Part shown: positions 1 to 7,552 of the stretch, in pieces
How positions within the stretch are numbered: the stretch's first letter is position 1
Layout: the number at the start of each line of letters is the position of its first letter
Assembly: GCA_964578935.1 (NCBI GenBank)
Contig: CAZOEW010000018.1
Location: forward strand, 6,340-30,339
Length of the DNA stretch: 24,000 bases
From: an uncultured Desulfobacterales bacterium
GTDB lineage: Bacteria > Desulfobacterota > Desulfobacteria > Desulfobacterales > SURF-7
Reading direction: 5' to 3'
Translations under genes and position numbers: made by a program
Notes under the pieces: model-generated
Seen by the model: the letters and a program-made list of their open reading frames with translations, nothing else
What the model was told of the DNA's origin: nothing
The model's database searches: none

Positions 1-1349
1 GGATACTTACTTTACTGACGATTTTTATTGTCTGCCCGATCTTTTTGGGAACATTTTCTGCCGCGGCAGAAGAGTATGAACTCTCCCGGTTTATTTCGCC
101 TGAAACATGCGGAGACTGTCACAGTGAGATCTTCAGTCAGTGGAGCAATTCAATGCACAGCCTCTCTCAAAAAGATCCGGTTTATCTGAGTGTTTCAGAA
201 TTTATGCGCAAAGGACTTGTGGACCTGGATGAAATCGCGGAAGCGGAATCCTGCGTCAAGTGTCATGTGCCTGTTGGCGTAGTCACCGGATATCCAAAGA
301 AAACATCGGATGATAAAAGCAAGATTCCGGATATTGCCAACCAGGGAATCCAATGCGATTACTGTCATTCCGCAGTTAGCGCTGAGAAAATGTACAATAA
401 CGGTATAAAGCTGAATCCAGGTCATGGAGAGGATGATCCGGGTATCAAAAATGGACCCCGCAAGGATGCAGAGTCTGATTTTCATGAAACAAAATATTCG
501 GAATTCCACACCCGGTCTGAAATTTGCGGTACCTGCCATAATGTAAAGCATGTTGTGTTTAATACAGACCTTGAAACAACCTATGATGAATGGAAAAAGG
601 GGCCGTATAATTCGCCTGACCCTGAAAAGAGGATCACCTGTCAGGGCTGTCACATGTTTCAGCGGCCGGGTTTACCGGCAACCGGCTCTGTAAAAAGAAG
701 TAAAAACAAGGGGCAGGCAGCAGATGACGGCCCGGTAAGGGAACATGTTTTTACACACTACTTTGTTGGCGCCAATCGTTTTATCCCGGAAACTTTCGGT
801 GACATGGAAAAAGGAAAGATGGCTGAAGCACGGCTGATGAATTCCGCAACACTGGCGATTGAAACCGGAGAGATAGAAAAGGGAAAGCTGGGAATACGAA
901 TCACCAACACAGGAGCTGGACATTACCTTCCGACAGGGCTTACCGATATCCGGCAGATGTGGCTGGAAATAACCATACAGGACACGGACAGCGGAGTAAC
1001 CGTTTACGAATCCGGAAAGCTGGATCAGGATTCGTATATAACGGATAACACCATTATTTTTAATACCGTATTCGGGGATGGGAAGGGGAATCCGGTAGTA
1101 AACATCGCAAAAGCTAAGGAAATTTTGAAAGATAAAAGGATACCACCTCTTGAATCCATAACCGAAACCATACAGCTGCCCTCTTCCAAATGGAAACAGT
1201 TATCCGTTCAGGTGAAGCTGTTATATCGATCAGCGCCACAGAAAATTCTGGATATGGTTTCCGGAAAAGGAACCATACAACTGCCGGTGGTGACCATGGC
1301 TTCCGTGGACCGGAAGATTGCAAAACCAAGTTCAGATGAAAAACAGTAG
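1..1349 (+). CDS. Multiheme c-type cytochrome with five CXXCH motifs; the 5' end lies outside the window
   Basis: The ORF track starts at a TTG at 45. The same frame (codons from position 3) stays open to the window edge and reads ILTLLTIFIVCPIFLGTFSA/AAEE, a signal-peptide-like hydrophobic stretch, so the true start is upstream. Five haem-binding motifs are present: CGDCH (108-122), CVKCH, CDYCH, CGTCH and CQGCH. The C-terminal ~200 aa have no CXXCH and contain TNTGAGHYLPTG. Confidence 0.85.
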   Translation, partial: ILTLLTIFIVCPIFLGTFSAAAEEYELSRFISPETCGDCHSEIFSQWSNSMHSLSQKDPVYLSVSEFMRKGLVDLDEIAEAESCVKCHVPVGVVTGYPKKTSDDKSKIPDIANQGIQCDYCHSAVSAEKMYNNGIKLNPGHGEDDPGIKNGPRKDAESDFHETKYSEFHTRSEICGTCHNVKHVVFNTDLETTYDEWKKGPYNSPDPEKRITCQGCHMFQRPGLPATGSVKRSKNKGQAADDGPVREHVFTHYFVGANRFIPETFGDMEKGKMAEARLMNSATLAIETGEIEKGKLGIRITNTGAGHYLPTGLTDIRQMWLEITIQDTDSGVTVYESGKLDQDSYITDNTIIFNTVFGDGKGNPVVNIAKAKEILKDKRIPPLESITETIQLPSSKWKQLSVQVKLLYRSAPQKILDMVSGKGTIQLPVVTMASVDRKIAKPSSDEKQ

Positions 1350-1382
1350 ACTTCACGAAACCGGTAAAATGGATGAGAGCCG

Positions 1383-1856
1383 TTAAAATATGGGATCCTG
1401 ATCAAAAGAAAATTCAACTGTAAATCTCCCCTGTGTGGAGAAGAAAGGGATGGCAATTTTGGGTCCGTCTGTATAGTGAGAAACCCGGTGTTTTTTTCCA
1501 TGGACAACCGTAGGAACGGAAAGCATTAAATCGAATCCATTTTTTGCCAGTTTTTCAATCGCGCGACCGGTAATCATATTGGTCAATTCGCCTGCCGTGT
1601 CAATCACCATACTATCAATCCGTGTAAAATTCTCATGTAATATTTTCGAAACAATATATAAAATGGTATTCTCGTCAAAAGTGACAGCCACGGTTCCTTT
1701 AACTGAACCGCTCAAACCGATAATGCCGGTAATATCACCACATCCGTATTGATCCTTTTTGATATAAAACGGTTCGTTCTCAAAACCGATACCTGCCAGA
1801 TCATTTATGATTTCCAATGTGGCATCCAGAAAGGGACTGATCGTTTTTAAATTCAT
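1383..1856 (-). CDS. cheX: CheX-like chemotaxis phosphatase (CheC/CheX/FliY family)
   Basis: The 157-aa protein has family-typical length and blocks by eye: INPFLDAT-like N-terminus (ISPFLDATLEIINDL), GIIGLSGSVKGTVAVTF and DTAGELTNMITGRA. There is no competing ORF. Confidence 0.75.
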   Translation of the reverse strand: MNLKTISPFLDATLEIINDLAGIGFENEPFYIKKDQYGCGDITGIIGLSGSVKGTVAVTFDENTILYIVSKILHENFTRIDSMVIDTAGELTNMITGRAIEKLAKNGFDLMLSVPTVVHGKKHRVSHYTDGPKIAIPFFSTQGRFTVEFSFDQDPIF

Positions 1857-2232
1857 ACTGGAACCTCTCTTTAAGGGAAACGGTTATTAAGGTTTCGCAA
1901 CATTTCCATGTGAGCACAGAGTTTTCAGTTTGTGTCCCGGAAGGACACGCCTTTTGTCCGAAGATGTTTCGGTATTGCAAAATCAATACAATCAGGGTGC
2001 TTGATTCAATGGCGGGTCATGTTTGGATTGTATCGTATCATGTTTGCAAAATATTTTCGAGAAAAGAATGGGTGTCGCGGTGTTTTTCTGGTGCAGGTTC
2101 AAATCCACTTAAAAATCTTTACTCTATTGATTTTTCTTGTTATCTTTACGATTATGGCTGGAAAAACGAACTCTGGCCACGATTGGAAGGCATGGCTCAA
2201 TGACAACCTGAATTGAAGGATGAAGCCTGTTC

Positions 2233-3906
2233 ATGTCAAAATTCCGGGAAGAACTTATCCGAATCCAAAAAAAGAATTACCAGGAAAACGTCCAGCTTGT
2301 TCGAAACAGCCTGGAACACAACCCGGATGTGGAAGCCTATGAAAAAGAATATTTTCGTTATTTGAAGAAATTTCAATATATTTCTAACAAAGCGGAGCTG
2401 TTGAAAAAAGTGTCTTCAGCGGATCTGGTGTTTCACGGAGATTATCACACGCTGCGGCAATCTCAGCGCTGTGTATTGCGCATCCTGAGAGAGATTCAGG
2501 GAAAACGGGAGATCATTCTCTGCCTGGAAATGTTCCACGGGGCAGACCAGAAATATATCAACGGCTTTATGTCCGGAGAATTGTCCGAGGGAACCTTCAT
2601 CCATAAAACAAACTACAGCAAAAAATGGCCTTTCAGCTGGAGAAACTGGAGTCCGATAATTTACTTTTGTCAGGATCGCAAGATACCCATTCTGGGGATC
2701 AATTCTCAGGCAGGAGAAGGGATCAAGGGATTGCGGGACCGGGATCGATATTCAGCACGCATTATTGCCAAAACAGTTCTGCAAAATCCCGGCAAATTGA
2801 TTTACGTGGTGGATGGTGACTTTCATATCGCTCCGGATCATCTGCCGAAAATGGTGGATCAACTACTGGAGCTGCTGGATGTTCAGATCAGGACGGTAAC
2901 CATTTATCAGAATGCGGAAAATCTTTACTGGAAATTGTGCCAGGAGGGCAAGGAAGAAGCCGATGTGCTCCGAATCAATGAAAACAGTTTTTGTGTAATG
3001 AACACAATGCCTGCGAATAAGGTTCAATCCTATTTGAACTGGCTGGAGTTTTCCGAAGATGCGTATTATCCGGTCCACCGGGAATGGGAGGAGAATGATG
3101 GTTACGGAGGGCAGGGAGTGGCTGTGGAGGAGATCGTTTTTGAGATCAGCGGCATCTTGAAAATAGAGTTGCCGCCTAACTGTCTTGAAAAGTTGATGAT
3201 TTATTATGCGAACGATCTTGATTTTATGGATTTGATTTATAATATTTCTGAATTAAAAGGGAAAGTACGGTTAGTCAAAGATAAAATCCGGAATGAGGAA
3301 GGATTTCTGCTTGAATACAGCCAGGCCGGAGATGACGCGTATCTGATCTATCTGCCGAACTCGAACATCAACATGGCTGCGGAGGAAGCAAGCCATTTTG
3401 TGAATGCGGTTTCAAGGGGGCGGATTCACGTGCGTCTCAGCCCATTTGATCGGTTTTACTGGAATGTTCTGACGGAATGCCTGGGATTTTTTGGCAGCAA
3501 GTTTATTAATGAAAAAAGGAAGGCCCAGTCGGAAAATTCGTTAAGAAGATTGCTGGGCCAGATCAAGAATAAGGAATACCGAAAAGTCGATTCCATGGTT
3601 TCCCAGGTTGCACGATATATTTTGCAGCATTATGCGCTTCAGAGAAGAACCGGTGAAGCAAAAACGTTTGAAAAAAAATTTGATGCGCTGTATCGAAACC
3701 GAACCTCCCTGCCGATCATGTTCAGTACGCAGCTCGGCTACATGCTCGGGAACAGGCTTTACTACGCCGTTAAAAAAGGACGATTCCCACTTTCGAAAAT
3801 AAGGGACTATTTCCGGGACCCTTTCGACTCTCCTGGAAAGGCGTTTGAATGTTATCTGGAAGTCAGTAACCGTCTCAAAGCGGTTGAGCACGTAAGCCAG
3901 TTTTAG
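2233..3906 (+). CDS. Hypothetical protein with an N-terminal ChaN/Tiki-superfamily (haem-binding uptake-like) domain and an uncharacterised C-terminal half
   Basis: This is a long clean ORF of 557 aa. The N-terminal ~230 aa resemble the ChaN (PF04187-type) pattern: ADLVFHGDYHTLRQSQ...ILCLEMFHGADQKYINGFMSGELSEGTF...KKWPFSWRNWSPIIYFCQDRKIPILGINS. I do not recognise any family in residues ~260-557. Confidence 0.7.
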   Translation: MSKFREELIRIQKKNYQENVQLVRNSLEHNPDVEAYEKEYFRYLKKFQYISNKAELLKKVSSADLVFHGDYHTLRQSQRCVLRILREIQGKREIILCLEMFHGADQKYINGFMSGELSEGTFIHKTNYSKKWPFSWRNWSPIIYFCQDRKIPILGINSQAGEGIKGLRDRDRYSARIIAKTVLQNPGKLIYVVDGDFHIAPDHLPKMVDQLLELLDVQIRTVTIYQNAENLYWKLCQEGKEEADVLRINENSFCVMNTMPANKVQSYLNWLEFSEDAYYPVHREWEENDGYGGQGVAVEEIVFEISGILKIELPPNCLEKLMIYYANDLDFMDLIYNISELKGKVRLVKDKIRNEEGFLLEYSQAGDDAYLIYLPNSNINMAAEEASHFVNAVSRGRIHVRLSPFDRFYWNVLTECLGFFGSKFINEKRKAQSENSLRRLLGQIKNKEYRKVDSMVSQVARYILQHYALQRRTGEAKTFEKKFDALYRNRTSLPIMFSTQLGYMLGNRLYYAVKKGRFPLSKIRDYFRDPFDSPGKAFECYLEVSNRLKAVEHVSQF

Positions 3907-4091
3907 ACTGTCTGGTCACCGTATAACCGGAATATATTGTTTGTCCCATCTTTCCGGCAGCACCCAGACCCCATCCCAATCCAAAGGCGGGGGGGATCCA
4001 AGGAAGTAGTTGCATCGATCGAGAAAAACCCGACAAAGAGGATCTACGTTTACACCCTTCTAAAAACCTCAGCGCCGCCCTGTATCATGAT

Positions 4092-4451
4092 TTAGTATGA
4101 ATCTCCCCGCTGATCCTGGGTGATGAACACCTCCCCCTGATCCAGGCTGACTTCGGACACCCACTCCCCGATGGTTATTAATTCATGGACAGGGAGGTTT
4201 GAAAAAATATCACAATTCTTCAGGCGATCCAGACGCTGCTTCAGGACAGCCATACTGAGCGCTTCCGGTTTGATTGCACCTTCTTGAAGCAGCATCTCGC
4301 ACAGTCGATGTATTTTTCCGGACAGCCTTTCCCTTTTTTCGGCACCGCGATCGTACTCAATCTGGAAAATGATGCAGTGTGGAAAATAAAGATTGGCGAG
4401 ATCCGAAATGAATTCAAAAGAATGATGAAAAGTCAACTCAAGGTGTGACAA
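4092..4451 (-). CDS. Hypothetical protein that ends inside the first strand of a cyclic-nucleotide-binding domain; probable pseudogene fragment
   Basis: The ORF has a TTG start and 119 aa. Its C-terminus, CDIFSNLPVHELITIGEWVSEVSLDQGEVFITQDQRGDSY, is the canonical beginning of a cNMP-binding (CAP/Crp-type) beta-barrel, and it is cut by TAA at 4092-4094. Domain-like sequence continues after the stop (see findings). Confidence 0.4.
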   Translation of the reverse strand: MSHLELTFHHSFEFISDLANLYFPHCIIFQIEYDRGAEKRERLSGKIHRLCEMLLQEGAIKPEALSMAVLKQRLDRLKNCDIFSNLPVHELITIGEWVSEVSLDQGEVFITQDQRGDSY

Positions 4452-4515
4452 AAAAAACGATTCGCAAACCGAATGGAAGCACAGCGGCGTTTATTTTGTG
4501 TAAATCCATAGAAGA

Positions 4516-4899
4516 TCAGGTTCTGCCGGCAGCTCTGTTTTTTATCCTCTTCTTCAACCAGAAACTCTGGTGATAAGATAATTCGTTGAACTGCAAGCGG
4601 CAGCATTTCATGGTTGCAGAATCATCTATGAGGTTATCCGCGATCTCCGTATCGGTAACAATGGTTGCGCTGAAGCGAAATGGTCCGTCTTCTGTTGTCC
4701 TTGTGCCGCCAAGAACAATTGAAACTTCACATGGGTCGCTGATGGTTTCTTCGTTTTTTTTACAAAGAAAAGAGAGCCCTCCAAGACCGATATCAACAAT
4801 TTTTCCGATTTTTGCGGAAGTGGATTCAAGTATAATTAAAAATCCGTCCTGGATAACATACCTTTCATGTCTCCTTCTTTCTTCCATTCCTGTCATCAT
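4516..4899 (-). CDS. PilZ domain protein (putative c-di-GMP receptor)
   Basis: The 127-aa protein has the RxxxR motif (EERRRHERY) near the N-terminus, followed ~25 aa later by DIGLGGLSF, a variant of (D/N)xSxxG. A strong SD (AGGAGG, reverse complement of 4902-4909) sits upstream of the tandem ATG ATG start. Confidence 0.8.
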   Translation of the reverse strand: MMTGMEERRRHERYVIQDGFLIILESTSAKIGKIVDIGLGGLSFLCKKNEETISDPCEVSIVLGGTRTTEDGPFRFSATIVTDTEIADNLIDDSATMKCCRLQFNELSYHQSFWLKKRIKNRAAGRT

Positions 4900-5389
4900 T
4901 TTCCTCCTGGTATCTTTAGGCGTTTTTTGTTTATTCTACAAATGCAGGTCGTTATCGGGATTTTTTCTCAAGACAGATCGCTTTTCACGGCGCAACTTCG
5001 CCGGTTCATCAGAGTTGATATGGTTTGCTCCCGGACTGCTTATGAAAAAAATAAACGGTTTTTTTATGTGGAGGGCAATTTTGATGGCAGCTGATATATA
5101 GCATAATCTATGAAAAGAGTAAATGCTGTAAATATTCGTACAAAACACCTATACGAATTAAGTGTTATCGAAAGAATATCGTTTGAAATCTATAGGTTGC
5201 GACTTTACCCTTGATTCCGGTTTTTTTCTGTAAGATCTATCTGTTTTTTCGCACACCGGTTTCCGCTGGGGGACACATTCTCGTGCGAAGTGCTTGAATG
5301 AGTTGAGCATAAGAGGAAAATTGATGGATATCTCAAGGATGAGCGAGGTTTTTATAGACAAAAAAGCAATAAAAATCAAAATTTTATTG

Positions 5390-5418
5390 TTGACACACCC
5401 ATATCTTTTGTTCATATT
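5390..5418 (+). promoter_or_regulatory. Candidate sigma70 promoter for the TRAP binding-protein gene
   Basis: TTGACA (5390-5395), a 17-nt spacer, then CATATT (5413-5418). An A/T-rich UP-like tract lies just upstream (5351-5389). The site is ~130 nt upstream of the ATG at 5551. Confidence 0.4.
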
Positions 5419-5550
5419 TCTTGCCTGGCGCAGCACGGTCTTTCCTTTTGTCGGGCCTTCTATTTCAATAGAGGAGAGAGCCGGCGACATTTCCGAATAT
5501 CAATGAACCGCTTTTTCGAAAGCCGGATTGAAAGGAGACGTTGGTAAAAA

Positions 5551-6606
5551 ATGAAAGTGAACCTGAAAAAAAGAGTTTTCATTCTGGTGCTTGTTTTGTT
5601 GTTACCATCCGGTTTTGCAACCTTTTCTCACGCAAAGGAGAAGGCAAAAATTACAATCAAGTTTGCCACACTGCTTCCAAAAGGCTCCGCAGATCTCTAT
5701 GAAAAGTTTAAAGAGGAAGTCAGGTCCCAGACCAATAATGAAGTTGAGTTTAAGATTTATTACGGCGGTGTTCAGGGAGATGAGCTGGATGTGCTGCGCA
5801 AGATTCGCTTGAAACAACTGCATGGTGGTTCGTTCACCGGGTATGGGCTGGGAACCATCGTTCCCCCGGTGAGAGTTACGGAATTGCCTTATATGTTTAA
5901 AAACTATGAAGAAATTTCATATGTTCGCGAGCGCCTTGAAGATAAAATGAATAAAATTTTTGAGAGTAACGGCTATATACCTCTGGGCTGGTACGAAACA
6001 GGCTTTGCCTATACCTTTTCCAAGGTTCCCATAACATCCATTGAAGTTGCACGGCAGCAGAAATGGTGGATGTGGGGAAGTGATCCGCTGCAGCAGGCGG
6101 TTTTTGACGCTATGGAAATTTCGCCGGTTCAGCTTTCTGTTACCGATGTCTTGACCTCCCTGTCCACAAAAATGATTGATGCCGCTCCGACAACACCCTT
6201 TGGTGCAGTGGCTTTTCGCTGGTATACGAAGTTCAAATATATGCAGGAATATCCACTCGCAAACTTCAATGTCGGCGTTATTGTGACAAAAGAGATCTGG
6301 GATCAGATAACTCCTGAAAGTCAGAAAAAGATAAAGGCTCTCACAAAGACGCTGGCATCTGAGATGATTCAGTCCCGGAGGCAATCCATTGCAGACAGTA
6401 TTAAGGTTCTGAAGGATTCCGGTATTGAGATTGTCCATGTGGACATGGAAAATGAAGCGATGCGATTTGTGCTGCAGTCGGCAGAAAAAGCGAGAGATTC
6501 TCTTGCGGGAAAACTCTATTCCAGAGAACTGCTGGATGAGACCCTGGGGCTGCTTCAGGAATATCGAGAAAAAAATCCGAACAGTACGGTTGCTCGAATT
6601 GAGTAA
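5551..6606 (+). CDS. TRAP transporter solute-binding protein, DctP family (orphan, atypical)
   Basis: The 351-aa protein has a signal peptide (KKRVFILVLVLLLPSGFATFSHA). DctP-family blocks are visible: IKFATLLPKGS, FKIYYGGVQGDELDVLRKIRLKQLHGG, TELPYMF, LGWYETGF. An SD (AAGGAGA) lies upstream of the ATG. No dctQ or dctM is adjacent. Confidence 0.85.
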   Translation: MKVNLKKRVFILVLVLLLPSGFATFSHAKEKAKITIKFATLLPKGSADLYEKFKEEVRSQTNNEVEFKIYYGGVQGDELDVLRKIRLKQLHGGSFTGYGLGTIVPPVRVTELPYMFKNYEEISYVRERLEDKMNKIFESNGYIPLGWYETGFAYTFSKVPITSIEVARQQKWWMWGSDPLQQAVFDAMEISPVQLSVTDVLTSLSTKMIDAAPTTPFGAVAFRWYTKFKYMQEYPLANFNVGVIVTKEIWDQITPESQKKIKALTKTLASEMIQSRRQSIADSIKVLKDSGIEIVHVDMENEAMRFVLQSAEKARDSLAGKLYSRELLDETLGLLQEYREKNPNSTVARIE

Positions 6607-6700
6607 CTCGAGGCCAAACCGGATACGGGTGAGCTGAAAATGTTCAACAGGCGGCAGGGGGATCTGAAAGGATTTAGATGTAACAGAACCAGTTTCATCG

Positions 6701-7552
6701 TCATCTCTTTGGAGTACTCAACGCGAGCAACGTAATCCAGCGCTGTATTTCATGATTGAGAATCTGATAATATGCTTCTGATCCTCCAAGTCCTTTTCTC
6801 CCAAAAAAATAGTTTATTTCCAGGAAAAAGGGAAGGGGTTCTTTTTCATTTTCTGGAAAAAGAAAATCAAAGCCGGCCAGGTTGATTCCGGTGATTGCGC
6901 AGAACTCCCGGGCAGAATGGATTGCTTTTTGCTGTAACTCAGGATCTTGTTGAAAATCGATCAATGAGCCTTTTGAAACACTGGATGCAAAATGGTTTTC
7001 ATTTTTCCGGATTCGCCAGTAAGATCGAACTGTCTTTCCGATTACTGCCACCCGGAGCGACCGGTTTCCACAGGCAATGTTTTCCTGGATCAGAAACCCT
7101 TTTAAACCGTTTTTTTCAAACTTTTCTGCTTGCTGGAGCTGTTTTTCCATATCCGAAATCGTGCGGATCAAAAAAACAGTGTCGCCTTCTCCACCCCAGC
7201 TAAATTTGAAAACACAGGGATAGGAAAGGTCTGCAAGATCTTTCCGGCTTCTGGATTTAAGGGAATAGTCATCCAGATTCAGAAATGACAGTGTCTTTGG
7301 ATAAAGGACCCCTGTTTGTTTGAAAAGATCGATCTGGCCGATTTTCCCCGGGAATTGAAATCGTGCATCGTAATTGGGGAAAACATGGGGGCAATGATTT
7401 CGAGCCATTTCAAAAAGCTCTTTTCTGCAACCCTGAGGCAGGATCACCGCATCGGCCTGCTGGATTGCCAAAAGGTCTGAAGCAGTTGGATTGCGTCCCG
7501 CACAGATGATGTTTTTGTCGGATTCAAAGCATGGATGAAAAGAAAGAATCAT
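6701..7552 (-). CDS. ATP-grasp domain protein (RimK/glutathione-synthetase-like fold)
   Basis: The 283-aa protein has an ATP-grasp-like layout: YPCVFKFSWGGEGDTVFLI (P-loop-like Gly-rich strand), FLIQENI, RVAVIG and a C-terminal GFDFLF...FFLEINYFFG (Mg-ATP binding E-x-N region). Its start overlaps the era stop by 4 nt (7549-7552). Confidence 0.75.
   Translation of the reverse strand: MILSFHPCFESDKNIICAGRNPTASDLLAIQQADAVILPQGCRKELFEMARNHCPHVFPNYDARFQFPGKIGQIDLFKQTGVLYPKTLSFLNLDDYSLKSRSRKDLADLSYPCVFKFSWGGEGDTVFLIRTISDMEKQLQQAEKFEKNGLKGFLIQENIACGNRSLRVAVIGKTVRSYWRIRKNENHFASSVSKGSLIDFQQDPELQQKAIHSAREFCAITGINLAGFDFLFPENEKEPLPFFLEINYFFGRKGLGGSEAYYQILNHEIQRWITLLALSTPKR

Noticed and set aside
195-1507. 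Several minus-strand ORFs (195-653, 672-923, 1114-1356, 1208-1507) antisense to the cytochrome gene
   Set aside because: They lie entirely inside or overlap a plus-strand ORF that carries five CXXCH motifs. Their translations are Cys/Phe/Ile-rich and low-complexity, with no recognisable motifs. They are typical shadow ORFs.
2091-2113. GGTTCAAATCC, a tRNA T-loop-like string
   Set aside because: The flanks (gcagg / ccact) do not form a 5-bp T stem, and I could not build an acceptor or anticodon arm around it. It is not a tRNA or tmRNA.
1910-2216. Two overlapping plus-strand ORFs (97 and 94 aa) in the cheX / ChaN-like intergenic region
   Set aside because: They are mutually exclusive frames with no SD and implausible composition. 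The region is better explained as a divergent promoter region.
5022-5032. GGGAGCAAACC on the minus strand upstream of the PilZ gene, reminiscent of the GGGCAAACC element of c-di-GMP-I (GEMM-I) riboswitches
   Set aside because: I could not find the partner ACGCAAAGC element, the tetraloop/receptor arrangement or supporting helices. One 9-nt resemblance is insufficient, and a cmscan would settle it.
4586-5101. 171-aa plus-strand ORF antisense to the PilZ gene
   Set aside because: The minus-strand frame has the RxxxR and DxGxxG PilZ motifs and a perfect AGGAGG SD. The plus-strand translation is Ser/Leu/Phe-rich with no motif.
4936-5490. Minus-strand ORFs 4936-5148 (70 aa) and 5158-5490 (110 aa), and plus-strand ORF 5294-5506 (70 aa), in the long intergenic gap
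   Set aside because: They fall in AT-rich sequence, lack an SD, and give low-complexity Lys/Ile/Phe/Ser-rich translations. I treat them as non-coding.
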